Shown: positions 1-10,514 of the stretch, piece by piece | How the letters are laid out: every line of letters starts with the position of its first letter | Numbering within the stretch: the stretch's first letter is position 1 | NCBI GenBank assembly: GCA_963777605.1 | Contig: CAVZRV010000011.1 | Location: 352,001-416,000, forward strand | Origin: an uncultured Acidobacteriota bacterium | GTDB lineage: Bacteria > Acidobacteriota > UBA6911 > RPQK01 > JAPXNP01 | Length of the DNA stretch: 64,000 nt | Direction: 5' to 3' | Position numbers and translations under genes: made by a program | Notes under the pieces: model-generated | Databases searched by the model: none | Seen by the model: the letters and a program-made list of their open reading frames with translations, nothing else | Told to the model about the DNA's origin: nothing

Positions 1-726
1 CCGGTAGCCCTCTCCCTCGACGTCATTCGTCAGGCACTCGAGGCGGTGAACCAATGCGGCGTTCGCATGATGATCGGATTCAACCGTCGATTCGACGCCA
101 ACTTCCAGAAGGTCCGCAGCCTGGTCGAGAATGGCGACCTCGGAGACCTCCACATCCTGAAAATTACCAGCCGGGACCCGGCTCCACCACCGCCGGAGTA
201 CATTTCGGCTTCCGGAGGAATGTTCCTGGACATGACGATCCACGATTTCGATATGGCCCGGTTTGTCACCGGCAGCGAAGTGGTACAGGTTTCGGCGGAA
301 GCAGGTGTCCTGGTTGACCCGCGAATCGGGGAACAGGGTGACGTCGACACCGCAGTGATCACTCTCCGGTTCGAGAACGGCGCTCTTGGCGTGATCGACA
401 ACAGCCGCCGGGCCTGCTACGGGTACGACCAGCGCCTCGAGCTGTTCGGCTCCAAAGGTATGGTTCGAATCGACAATTGCCGTCACGACACTCACGAATT
501 CTTCGACGCTGCCGGCTCGCAGGGATCTCTTCCACTCGATTTCTTCATGGACCGCTACGCTCAGTCCTACGCGACGGAACTGAAGGCCTTTGTACGGTCC
601 CTGCTCGAAGGTTCCGAATTCCCCGTGTCGGGTGACGACGGACTGCTTTCGGTGGCGATCGGCCTGGCTGCCCGGCGATCAGTAGATGAACACCGTCCGG
701 TCAAGATGAGCGAGATTCTCGGGTAG
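1..726 (+). CDS. iolG: Inositol 2-dehydrogenase-like Gfo/Idh/MocA oxidoreductase (5' end cut by window edge)
   Basis: Frame is open from base 1 (PVALSLD..., just after the EKP motif). Motifs GFNRRFD, ITSRDP, SGGMFLDMTIHDFD and YGYDQRLE. Confidence 0.8.
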   Translation, partial: PVALSLDVIRQALEAVNQCGVRMMIGFNRRFDANFQKVRSLVENGDLGDLHILKITSRDPAPPPPEYISASGGMFLDMTIHDFDMARFVTGSEVVQVSAEAGVLVDPRIGEQGDVDTAVITLRFENGALGVIDNSRRACYGYDQRLELFGSKGMVRIDNCRHDTHEFFDAAGSQGSLPLDFFMDRYAQSYATELKAFVRSLLEGSEFPVSGDDGLLSVAIGLAARRSVDEHRPVKMSEILG

Positions 727-913
727 TCTGCGAAGGCGTCGGAACTCCCGTTCCCCAATACCCTTGGCGCCATTCGCGGTGAAGATCAAGACTTCCGATT
801 GGATTTTAAGGAACGGGACTCGCCGGGCAAGCTGCCGGGTCGACATCCCAGGTAGAGTTGCCTGGATGACTCCTCTCCAGGTGCCAGAAACTAGGAACTC
901 GGGCTGACTGAAG

Positions 914-3034
914 TCACTTCTTGATCGGCTGAATCCACAGGAAATCGAGGCCGATAGCGGCCTGGCTGACGGCCGGACCGTTCCTGAGAAACTCCAATTC
1001 GACCTCCTGGGGCCCTGAGGCGAGAGGTCCCTCGTAAATGGTGAAGTCCCTCGAAAGGGTTCGGAAGGGCCGGTGGAGGTCAATTGGTTCCGGTTCCTTC
1101 ACCGCGTCCTCGCCTGCCACCAGTTTCGCGCGCACGACACCCGACCGGGGACTGAGCCCGGCAACGAGGTGCACGCGATATTTTCCGGAATCGGGCACCG
1201 GGAACTGAAGGTTGACTCGCTCTCCCGTACGGTTCGGGTGCCACAGCAGCAATCGCCCTCCCTCCCAGATTGGAGCCGACTCGAAAGAAGTTGTCACGGC
1301 CGACCTGAGTAACTTTTCGACCGGCAAGAAAGTGGCTCCGGCCGCCCCCATTCTGGCCGCCGGTTCCCAGCCCTCAGGAAGCGAAGGAACATAGAGATCG
1401 GCAGATTTCGGAGCGAGGTGGTCGTCGGTCAGTCCCGGCTTCCCATAGTGATAGAGAATCCGCGAGTAGGAGAGTTCCGGGACCCGCTCGTGACTGTAGA
1501 GTTCCATATAGAAGGAAAGCCGCTCCTGGAACGGGAGCGAATCCAGAATCTGCCACCGCTGATTGGCTACATACCCCCGGTTGCCCGGACCATCATTCCG
1601 GGGTTGCCCGCAGTACGGAAATTCAAAGATGTCGGGGGACGACCACGAGTAGTTGTAGAAGTCTTCCGAACCGGTGCCGAAGGTGCTCGGCAAAACGTCG
1701 TTATCCACGAAGATCTTCTCGTCACCTTCCCCCCACCAATTTCCGTACGAAGTGGGCACCGGGCTCGGGTTGACGACGTAGGATACGGCACCCACCACTA
1801 CTCCCCGCCCGGCGGCGAGCAGGAACGGGAGATCCTGCACGTCCTGGTTGGAGGCGACCAAGTGGTGATCGGACCTCCACTTTGCCCGGAAGTGCATCGA
1901 CCGATCGGCATCCCAATCGTAGGGGATAGTCTCGGCTCGGAGGTGAATGCCAACAGGCTGTTCCCCCTGGTTGGCAAATCGCACCTTCAGATTTTCACGG
2001 TAGGGCATCACGAACCGGCAGACCATGCTCCCGTCCGGCTCGACCGAGAATGGGAGAGAACGATAAGGGTTGATGCCTGGAGCCGCTCCAAAAAAGTCGC
2101 CCACCGGCGATTCGACCTGGGCCGCGGGGAAGTCGTCCGCCACAACTTCGAGAAGGGTCTGGCGCAGCGCCGAATCGATGTCTGCGGCACTGATCCGGAT
2201 TTCGAGACGAGAAAGCGCACCGGGACCTCCCACCAGGGTAAGCACCTCGCGACGATCTCCGGGCGCAACGTTGCCGTCCCACAGGCAATCCGGAACCCCC
2301 TCCTGGATGCTCCTCATCGACTCCGGATCGGCAAGCACCTGCATCGTTCCGGTAATCTCCTTCCGATAATGGAAGAGATCGGAAGGAGAGAAGGTCTTCA
2401 CCCGGGTACCGGCAGGATAGCTGCGCACCTGCACGTGGTAGAAGTGGAGTGTGGCCAGGTTACCGGTCCAAACCAACTTCATCGACTTCTGAAACGGGAT
2501 CGGCGCGTAGGAGGCATCACGCTGGTAAAGGGTACCTTCCATCAGTTCGGAGTCGAGCCCCGAACCCTCGGAAAACACCGAATAGGGTCCCCGAAAAAAG
2601 GTCTCCGCAGGGCCCGCGTACACGGGATCCGAGACGCCGTCGAGATAGAGTCGCAGGCTCCCGGTAATCCCGGCCGTCCAGACTCGCACAATCGCCCCCG
2701 GTCCATCCACAGAGGCCATCAGGTACTCTCCGGAGTCGGTTGAATCGGGCTCCCCGAGAACCTCCAGGAATCCCGGGATTGGTTCCTTGCCGAAACCGTC
2801 GGCATTGGCAAACCAGCCCGGACCCTGCGGGAGGTTGCTCCTCCGGTCATGGGACGAAAACTGGATGGTCTTGAACGGTGGTGACGGGAACCGGGTCAGG
2901 GCTTCCATGTCCACCATCTCGCGGACCAGGGTCCCGGTCGTGACCGGGCCTTCATTAGACTTCGCGAGGACGGGTGTGGGAAGCCCGCTGCCCAATGTAG
3001 CGAAGGCGACAGCGGCGATGATTGATTGTTTCAT
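914..3034 (-). CDS. Secreted DUF2961 / glycoside hydrolase family 172 protein (~706 aa)
   Basis: Signal peptide MKQSIIAAVAFATLGSG. GH172-type motifs WWGEGDEKIFVD and FGTGSEDFYNYSW. Two GPGA-type lobes and a C-terminal beta-sandwich-like region. Confidence 0.75.
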   Translation of the reverse strand: MKQSIIAAVAFATLGSGLPTPVLAKSNEGPVTTGTLVREMVDMEALTRFPSPPFKTIQFSSHDRRSNLPQGPGWFANADGFGKEPIPGFLEVLGEPDSTDSGEYLMASVDGPGAIVRVWTAGITGSLRLYLDGVSDPVYAGPAETFFRGPYSVFSEGSGLDSELMEGTLYQRDASYAPIPFQKSMKLVWTGNLATLHFYHVQVRSYPAGTRVKTFSPSDLFHYRKEITGTMQVLADPESMRSIQEGVPDCLWDGNVAPGDRREVLTLVGGPGALSRLEIRISAADIDSALRQTLLEVVADDFPAAQVESPVGDFFGAAPGINPYRSLPFSVEPDGSMVCRFVMPYRENLKVRFANQGEQPVGIHLRAETIPYDWDADRSMHFRAKWRSDHHLVASNQDVQDLPFLLAAGRGVVVGAVSYVVNPSPVPTSYGNWWGEGDEKIFVDNDVLPSTFGTGSEDFYNYSWSSPDIFEFPYCGQPRNDGPGNRGYVANQRWQILDSLPFQERLSFYMELYSHERVPELSYSRILYHYGKPGLTDDHLAPKSADLYVPSLPEGWEPAARMGAAGATFLPVEKLLRSAVTTSFESAPIWEGGRLLLWHPNRTGERVNLQFPVPDSGKYRVHLVAGLSPRSGVVRAKLVAGEDAVKEPEPIDLHRPFRTLSRDFTIYEGPLASGPQEVELEFLRNGPAVSQAAIGLDFLWIQPIKK

Positions 3035-3067
3035 GGACTTGCAAGCAATCATCGCCCATTGTGCGAA

Positions 3068-4464
3068 CTAATTCACCTTCTTTGTGGATTTGGACGATCC
3101 GCTGGTCTCAAGCGTTGCGACCAGGCCTGCCAGGTCCTGGCACCGAAAGACCTCATCGAGGCGATGCTTCTGCTTGAGGACCCCGTGGAAGCGGTCGAGC
3201 GCGTCATCAAGCGGGCCCTTGATAATCCTCTCCCAAATCTCGCTGGAGTGCCGATTCGAATCATCCGGCTGGTAGTTTCGGAACGGTTCGACGTACTCGT
3301 CGTCCGATGCTGTGTCGAATCTCATAATCACCGAGGACTGCACGCCGTTGACGAAGGCCTCTCGCTGCTCCCACAGGTCGTCTCCATGATCGTCAAGGAA
3401 CGTGGCCATGACCTTGGGTTGCCGCATGTTGACGAGGGTCAGCGCCCAGGCGGTCCCGGCAATCACGTTCTGCCGGGCAACCTCATGGGGAGCTTCCTCT
3501 CGTCCCATCTCCACAGCCCGCCAGACCGGGTTTCGGTAGGGGAGAAAGTTGACGAGGAGGAAGTAGATCGCCCTTCCGGTGCCATGCCAGAACAAACCGG
3601 CCGCGGCCTCATCCTTCTCCATCAAGTACCGATCAATCTCGGGGATCAATTCGGAGTGAAACGTCCTCGCGACCAGGCCGAGTGATTCTATGGCGGCTCC
3701 CTCGTAACCCTTCTTCGAGTTGTCATGACAGAGCCTGAGAAATTCGTCAACGGCTCCCCGCAACTCTTCTTCGGGTGTCTTCGAGTTCATTGGCGCCAGG
3801 AGGCGCTGCGCAAACGAAAGACCGATCCCGGCGTGGAGCATCAAGAGGCTCTTGTCCGGGATATTGGCAATTCGATTGCCACGGAGGAGATCCTTGAGTT
3901 CATCGCCCCGTTCCTGAGCCGAATCGGCGTAGTCGTGGCCGAGGCCTTCCACGGCCCACAGGGCCGCGTACGGACCGAGCGCATATGCCTTTTCGACGTA
4001 TTCGGACAAATCGAAATCACCCTCGCGCGGGATCTTCAGCTTCTTCTGAACGCTGCGAACGAGCTGGTAGACATCGACCTTGTTGAGAATCTCACGCCAG
4101 GCAACGAAGGCACTGCTGTCGGGACGGAAGAAACGAAACGACTCAGCCATGTCCCATACGAACTCAGATCCCAGCTGGATGGCGCTGCTGGGACTGTACA
4201 TTGCTGTTGGGGACTTGCGTAGTGGGCCATCGAGTCCATGAACTCGCGCTGAAATTGATCCCCGGCCTCGAAGGCAGCTTTAAAAAGGTCCTCGAGCCGA
4301 TCTTCGGCGGCGAGACCGGCGGGCGCCTTCTCACATTCCGCCTCGGCCTTGCCACCCGACACGGTTCGATAGGTTTCCTGCAGGCCCAATAGCGAAATAG
4401 CCCACGAGTAACTCAGCGTTGATTTGGTCAACTCAAAGATTCCATAGCTCTTATCAGAAGCCAT
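3068..4464 (-). CDS. Hypothetical helical protein, apparently one ~465-aa gene split by a frameshift near 4205-4215
   Basis: ORF from 4464 (MASDKSYGIFELTKSTLSYSWAISLLG) and ORF 4201..3068 overlap in adjacent frames. Adding one base in the CCCC run joins them. Repeated G-x-G motifs (EGLGHDY, HAGIGLSFA, ESLGLVAR, WHGTGRAIYF). Confidence 0.55.
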
Positions 4465-4752
4465 CCCCGTCCCCTTTCGGAAAGACTCTATTTCGGCAAA
4501 TCCGGGAGCATGTTGCCATGAATAGGAATAAACGTCTCTTACTATACACTGATATCACTCCCGTAACACAAGTCTTTTCATCTCGATTGAGAATTCAGAC
4601 CGGGCTGAGACTTGACGAAGTGGGGCGATTTCAGTTTCCCCCGATCTGCCGTACACTCTCATCTGGAGTAAAACAGTCCGGACAAGAGATTACGGCCTTG
4701 TGGCGAGATCGTCCACTGTCCGGTTGGGTGACCTGGAAGGGCAGCAGGGACT

Positions 4753-6123
4753 ATGGCGGAAGAAAGTTCAACCAGAAGATTATTCGGAACCGACGGGATT
4801 CGGGGGCGGTCCAACTGCTATCCCATTACTCCTGAAGTTGCGTTGCAGTTGGGGAAGGCGATCGCCCACACCTTTGGTCGCACCGGACAGTCCAGGAAGC
4901 TTGCACTGATCGGCAAGGACACCCGCCTGTCCGGATACATGCTCGAAACCGCCCTGACAAGCGGACTCGTTTCGATGGGAATGGATGTCCTTCTCGCCGG
5001 CCCGACTCCAACCCCGAGTGTCGCCCACCTCACGCGATCAATGAACGCGACGGTGGGAATCATGCTGACGGCCTCCCACAATCCTTTCGACGACAATGGA
5101 ATCAAGATCTTCGACGGCAAGGGTTTCAAACTCTCCGACGAAATCGAGGCCGAGATTGAAGGACTCGTGCTCCGCGGAGAACTGACCAGCGAGCACATTC
5201 GAAGCGAACACCTGGGCAAGGCTTTTCGCATCGAGGATGCCCGGGGCCGCTACATCGAATTTGCCAAGAACACCATTCAGAACGCCAGCCTGGAGGGCCT
5301 GAAGATCGTTCTCGACTGTGCCAACGGTGCCTCCTACCTGATCGGACCCTGGATTTTCCGCGAACTGGGCGCGGCAGTCATCAAGACCGGGGTCGAACCC
5401 GATGGATTCAACATCAACGAAGGGTGCGGCGCATTGCACCCCGAGAACATCGGGAATCTGGTGCGCGAGTGCAGTGCCGACGTCGGCGTAGCGTTCGACG
5501 GCGACGCCGACCGGGTCGTGCTGTGTGACGAGAACGGAAGGGTCATCGACGGCGACAAGCTCGTGGCGATGTGCGCCCTCGACTTTCGGCAGCGGGGCAT
5601 CCTGGCCCGAAACAGCGTCGTGGTCACCGTGATGAGCAACCTGGGATTCCTCGAGGCAATGAAATCTGCCGACATTGAAGTACACACGACCCCCGTTGGA
5701 GACCGACACGTCATCGATAAGATGCGAAGACACGGCTTCAACCTGGGCGGTGAGAAATCGGGCCACATCATCTTCATGGATCATGCCACCACGGGAGATG
5801 GAATTATCGGGGCACTCCAGGTCCTCCGGCTCATGCAGGAAAAGGGTGAGCCGCTCTCCAGGCTGGCCCGGGTGATGGAGGAATACCCGCAGACGTTGGT
5901 GAACATCGACGTCACGCGAAAGGTCCCGGTAGATGAACTCTCCTCTCTGGCGGCGGCGATCCGGGATTGTGAAGTCGAAATGGGAAGCGGCGGACGGGTT
6001 CTTGCCCGGTACTCTGGAACGGAGGACCTGCTGAGAATCGTCGTCGAACACCGCGACCAGAGCCTGGTTGATCGTTGGGCAGGAACTCTCGAGGCGGCGG
6101 CCCGGGAGGGACTCGATCAATGA
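4753..6123 (+). CDS. glmM: Phosphoglucosamine mutase
   Basis: LFGTDGIRG, GKDTRLSG, catalytic TASHNP, metal-binding FDGDADR, GGEKSGH and RYSGTE motifs. Confidence 0.95.
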   Translation: MAEESSTRRLFGTDGIRGRSNCYPITPEVALQLGKAIAHTFGRTGQSRKLALIGKDTRLSGYMLETALTSGLVSMGMDVLLAGPTPTPSVAHLTRSMNATVGIMLTASHNPFDDNGIKIFDGKGFKLSDEIEAEIEGLVLRGELTSEHIRSEHLGKAFRIEDARGRYIEFAKNTIQNASLEGLKIVLDCANGASYLIGPWIFRELGAAVIKTGVEPDGFNINEGCGALHPENIGNLVRECSADVGVAFDGDADRVVLCDENGRVIDGDKLVAMCALDFRQRGILARNSVVVTVMSNLGFLEAMKSADIEVHTTPVGDRHVIDKMRRHGFNLGGEKSGHIIFMDHATTGDGIIGALQVLRLMQEKGEPLSRLARVMEEYPQTLVNIDVTRKVPVDELSSLAAAIRDCEVEMGSGGRVLARYSGTEDLLRIVVEHRDQSLVDRWAGTLEAAAREGLDQ

Positions 6124-7049
6124 AGGTGAGGATACTCGATCCCGGGAACCCGGCTTCGCTCGCCCCGCTCACAGCGACCCGCGGCCTGCTGGACTGTTTT
6201 GTTGCCAATCTCACTCTTCACGACCTTCATGAGCAGCGCCTGGAGAAGGCAGGTTTTCGGCTGGCGGGCCGCGATGAAGAGGCCGACCTGGTGATTCGAG
6301 GCGATGCCTGGCTGTCTGAAGAATCGGTTCGCTCCCTGGCAGAGAGCGCCAGGCCCATGGTTCTCGAGACCCCGGCCGGCATCGCCCTGGCCTGGAGCGG
6401 GGGCGAGGCCAGTCCCGGAGGACACTTCGGTCGTCTGGAGGCTCAGCCGGACGATTTTCTGATGATTTACCCGTGGGACCTGCTCCGAGCCAACGAACTG
6501 GTGATTGCCTCCATTGACCGAAACCGGATCGAAGGCACAATCTCGGCCGGAGCCAATTTCGATGGATTCCTCTACCTCGGCCAGGGCAGTATCCTCCTGC
6601 CGGGCACCTACATTGAGGGAAACGTAGTGATCGGTCGGAACTGCCGGATCGGGCCGAACTGCTACCTGCGCGGCAATACCAGCATCGGCGACGGTTGCCG
6701 GATCGGGCACTCGGTAGAAATCAAGAACTCTATGATCTTTCCCGGATCGGCGATCGGCCATCTGTCGTACTGCGGAGATTCGGTGATCGGAAGCCAGGTT
6801 AATTTCGGCGCCGGGACAATTGTGGCGAACTTCCGGCACGACGGCGGCAATCATCGTTCCGAGTCCTCCGGAAAGCTGATCGACACCGGCCGTCGGAAAT
6901 TCGGAACCGTCATGGGAGACGGAGTACACACCGGGATCAATACCAGCATCTATCCCGGCCGAAAGCTCTGGCCCGGTGCTTCAACCCGACCGGGAGACAT
7001 CGTCCGCAAGGACATCCGTTCCGAGGCCGGACCACAGAACGCGAACTGA
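6120..7049 (+). CDS. GlmU-like hexapeptide-repeat acetyltransferase with a short, degenerate nucleotidyltransferase-like N-terminus
   Basis: ATGA overlap with glmM stop. LAPLTATR and YPWDLL motifs. Left-handed beta-helix (IGRNCRIGPNCYLRG, EIKNS, HLSYCGDSVIG, NFGAGT, GRRKFGTVMGD). Confidence 0.8.
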   Translation: MKVRILDPGNPASLAPLTATRGLLDCFVANLTLHDLHEQRLEKAGFRLAGRDEEADLVIRGDAWLSEESVRSLAESARPMVLETPAGIALAWSGGEASPGGHFGRLEAQPDDFLMIYPWDLLRANELVIASIDRNRIEGTISAGANFDGFLYLGQGSILLPGTYIEGNVVIGRNCRIGPNCYLRGNTSIGDGCRIGHSVEIKNSMIFPGSAIGHLSYCGDSVIGSQVNFGAGTIVANFRHDGGNHRSESSGKLIDTGRRKFGTVMGDGVHTGINTSIYPGRKLWPGASTRPGDIVRKDIRSEAGPQNAN

Positions 7050-7170
7050 GACTCCCTGCCACCGAGCCAAAGTTCCCCGATACTTCATGGCCATCAGATC
7101 GGCGAGTCTGTCTTTCCAAAATGCTGGACATGCGTGGCCGATTGCGCAAAGCTCATTCAGAAGTACAAAG

Positions 7171-9525
7171 ATGAGCAAACTGATCTCGATCGCCCTCACC
7201 GCATCGGTTTGCCTGGCCGTGACTGCAGCCGGCGCCCAGGTTCCCTCCAACCAGGATCCGACATTTCTGGTCAAACCCAGGCTTTCCTTCGCGGCGTATC
7301 CATTTCCGCTCGAACAGGTCCGACTCCTGGACAGTCCCTTTCTCACCGCCGTCAAAGCGAACGCCGAATACCTCCTGAGGCTCGAACCGGACCGCCTCCT
7401 GCACAATTTCCGTGCCTTCTCCGGTCTCATGCCCAAAGGAGAAGTCTACGGTGGGTGGGAAAAGGACACCATTGCGGGCCACACCCTGGGACACTACCTG
7501 ACTGCCTGCTCGCTCATGTATGCCCAGACCGGGGATGCGCGCTTCCGTAAACGAGCAGGTTACATCGTGAGCGAGTTGATGGCATGTCAAAACGCCGGCG
7601 GCGACGGGTTTGTGGCAGGTTTTCCCCGGGGAAGAGAGGCCTTCGCAGAGATCAGGCGGGGAGAGATCCGATCCAAGGGATTCGACCTGAATGGGATCTG
7701 GGTTCCTCTTTACAACTGGCACAAGCTCCTCTCGGGACTCATGGACGCGGACCGGCTGTGCGAGAACCGCCAGGCTTTGGTCGTCGCCACAAAACTGGCC
7801 GATTTCATCGATGGCGTCTTCAACGACCTGAATGACGAGCAGGTACAGAAAGTCCTGGCCTGCGAGCACGGCGGGATCAACGAGTCGTTCGCCAACCTTT
7901 ACGCAATTACCGGCAAGACCCGCTACCTCGAACTCGCCGAACGGATCTACCACAAGGCGATCCTCGAACCGTTAGCTGCCCAACGGGACGAACTGGCCGG
8001 AAACCACGCGAACACCCAGATCCCCAAGGTGATCGGCGCTGCGCGCATTTACGAACTGACCCTCAGCGAACGATTTGGATCCATTCCCCGCTTCTTCTGG
8101 GACACCGTGACCCAGCATCACTCCTACGTGATCGGCGGCAATTCCGACCGGGAGTACTTTCAACCCCCCGACGTGATCAGCACGCACATCACCGAGCAGA
8201 CCTGCGAGAGCTGCAATACGTACAATATGTTGAAACTCACTCGCCACCTGTTCGCCTGGAGCGGTGATTCCCGTTACGCCGACTACTACGAACGGGCCCT
8301 CTACAATCACATCCTGGCCCACCAGAACCCCGAGACCGGAATGATGTGCTATATGGTCCCCCTGCGGACCGGAAGCGCCCGGGAATACAGTACGCCTTTC
8401 GACTCTTTCTGGTGCTGTGTGGGTTCGGGAATCGAGAATCACTCAAAGTACGGCGACAGCATCTACTTCAACGACGGCAGCAACGGCCTCTTCCTGAATC
8501 TCTTCATCCCCTCGGTCCTGAGCTGGCCTGAGAAAGGCGTGACGATTCGCCAGGAGACTCGATTCCCATTCAAAGGGCGGGTCCGTCTCAGGATAACCGC
8601 TTCCGAACCGGTGCCGCTGAGCATCCTGGTCCGCCACCCGGCCTGGGCCCGTGGCGACTGGTCTTTCCAGGTCAACGGTGAACCTGCGGCTCCGGATTCG
8701 AGCGATACCGGCTATTTCACAATCCAACGCGTTTGGCAAGATGGCGACAGCCTGGAATTCACAGTCCCGCTGACGCTCCACCTGGAGGCAGCTCCCGACA
8801 ACCAGGACAAAGTGGCTATTCTGTACGGGCCGATCGTCATGGCCGGTGATCTCGGTTCGGATCAGAAGGAATTCGATGGCGTCTTCCCTGCCCTGGTCTC
8901 GGAGAACCCCCTGAGTCAACTGGAACTGGTGGACCGGGACCAGCTGGAGTTCTCCACCAGAGACCTGGTCAGGCCTCGAGATTTGACCCTGCGCCCGTTC
9001 TTCGCCCTTTACGGCCGCCGCTACGCGGTCTACTGGGACAGGTTCACCCCAGACCAGTGGGAGCTTCACGAACAGGAGTATGCCGCCCACCAGAGCCGGC
9101 AGAGGGAAATCGACGCCCGCTCGGTGGACGTCATCCACCTGGGTGAAATGCAACCCGAACGGGACCACAATCTCCAGGCGGAGATCTCGTGGCCTTCCGC
9201 CTACCAGGGGGAGAAGGGCCGGGAAGCACGAAGTGGCGGTTTCTTCTCATTTGAAGCCCGAGTCCTGCCGGACCAGCCGATGGATCTGGTCGCCCGGTAT
9301 TGGGGGGAGGAACGCAACCGGTCGTTCGAGATCCTGGTCGATGGAACAGTGATTGCGGAAGAGTTCCTCGAAGGCGAACATCCCGGACAGTTCTTCGAGG
9401 TGACCTACCCCATTCCACAAGAACTGTCCCGCGGCAAGAACAGCGTGACGATCCGTTTCCAGCCGAGACAGGACAAGACCGCCGGACCCATCTTCGGTTG
9501 CCGAGTCATTCGGCGCGCCGAATGA
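7171..9525 (+). CDS. Secreted GH127/GH146-type (DUF1680) beta-L-arabinofuranosidase-like glycoside hydrolase
   Basis: Signal peptide. Motifs YGGWE, GHTLGHYL, EHGGINE, HANTQIPK, ESCNTYNMLKL, YYERALYNHIL and FWCCVGSGIE (Zn/Cys motif). Confidence 0.88.
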   Translation: MSKLISIALTASVCLAVTAAGAQVPSNQDPTFLVKPRLSFAAYPFPLEQVRLLDSPFLTAVKANAEYLLRLEPDRLLHNFRAFSGLMPKGEVYGGWEKDTIAGHTLGHYLTACSLMYAQTGDARFRKRAGYIVSELMACQNAGGDGFVAGFPRGREAFAEIRRGEIRSKGFDLNGIWVPLYNWHKLLSGLMDADRLCENRQALVVATKLADFIDGVFNDLNDEQVQKVLACEHGGINESFANLYAITGKTRYLELAERIYHKAILEPLAAQRDELAGNHANTQIPKVIGAARIYELTLSERFGSIPRFFWDTVTQHHSYVIGGNSDREYFQPPDVISTHITEQTCESCNTYNMLKLTRHLFAWSGDSRYADYYERALYNHILAHQNPETGMMCYMVPLRTGSAREYSTPFDSFWCCVGSGIENHSKYGDSIYFNDGSNGLFLNLFIPSVLSWPEKGVTIRQETRFPFKGRVRLRITASEPVPLSILVRHPAWARGDWSFQVNGEPAAPDSSDTGYFTIQRVWQDGDSLEFTVPLTLHLEAAPDNQDKVAILYGPIVMAGDLGSDQKEFDGVFPALVSENPLSQLELVDRDQLEFSTRDLVRPRDLTLRPFFALYGRRYAVYWDRFTPDQWELHEQEYAAHQSRQREIDARSVDVIHLGEMQPERDHNLQAEISWPSAYQGEKGREARSGGFFSFEARVLPDQPMDLVARYWGEERNRSFEILVDGTVIAEEFLEGEHPGQFFEVTYPIPQELSRGKNSVTIRFQPRQDKTAGPIFGCRVIRRAE

Positions 9526-9777
9526 CCTCAATTCAGCTGGAGCCCGGCGTGAGGCCCGACATCCTGCCGCACCGTGCCGCGGCACCCGGCGCAAGGAATC
9601 CGGGCACCGGGACGACCCGTTTCCCGGCCTGAAGCGCCTCCAGCACCCCGAGCGACAGTCACGGTGACAACTCGAGCCCCTCCTCGATCGACTGGACCGA
9701 AAGATGCGTTTCACGCATCGCCGGGTGTTCAAAATGGACACCCAAAATCGAACCAAAGAAGAACGAGGAGGTAGACC

Positions 9778-10416
9778 GTGGGACGATGGCACCTGATGAT
9801 CTTGCCGATGATTGTTGCTACCGGATTTTGTCTCGCCGGCGAAAGCGAGCCTCAAACGCCGCCGGAACATCGACCGGAATCCTGGGAGTACCGGGGTGAG
9901 GTGTTCGGAACGCTCGGATGGGGTAAGTTCTGGCACGGCGACGACGATCGGGGTTCAGGGACCTCGGTCGGCGGAGGTCTGGGATGGTGGCCGTTCAGAT
10001 CGCGACTCAGGGGATTGGGGATGGAGGTCGAACTCCGCCGACTCGGTTTCCGGACGCCGAAGGGACCCTACTCGACCGACGGCAACACCGTTTTGGCGAT
10101 GGCCAATGTCGTCTACCACTTCTGCAATCAGAGGGTCCAGCCATTCCTCAAAGGCGGAGCCGGTGTCGTCCGGTCGGACTACACGTCCCACTGGATCTCG
10201 GACTGGTTTGACGACCAGGGGATTCACCACATCGGCCCCGCGTTCGAACAGGTCCGAGCGTCCAAATTTGGGATCGACCTGGGGGCCGGCATAAATGCGG
10301 CTATCGGGCACAATTTCTCAATCCGGGGCGAAGTCCTGATCGTCGACACCACCCCGGGTGAGGGCTACAACTGGGGAGTCCTCCTCTTGAATACCGGGAT
10401 CGGCTACCACTGGTGA
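9778..10416 (+). CDS. Small outer-membrane beta-barrel (OmpA-like transmembrane domain)
   Basis: GAGGAGG RBS, signal peptide, alternating beta-strands (QPFLKGGAGVV, FGIDLGAGIN) and C-terminal GIGYHW beta-signal. Confidence 0.7.
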   Translation: MGRWHLMILPMIVATGFCLAGESEPQTPPEHRPESWEYRGEVFGTLGWGKFWHGDDDRGSGTSVGGGLGWWPFRSRLRGLGMEVELRRLGFRTPKGPYSTDGNTVLAMANVVYHFCNQRVQPFLKGGAGVVRSDYTSHWISDWFDDQGIHHIGPAFEQVRASKFGIDLGAGINAAIGHNFSIRGEVLIVDTTPGEGYNWGVLLLNTGIGYHW

Positions 10417-10514
10417 TGAGACAAGAACGTTTGCCTCGACAGAAACTCAACTGAAAAATGACCGGGATTCCGTCCGGTTGTGATACTTTCGGCAAATACC
10501 GTACGGGGGCAACC

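Noticed and set aside
4465-4752. Riboswitch or glmS-type ribozyme upstream of glmM
   Set aside because: AT-rich divergent promoter region only. No recognisable conserved RNA core.
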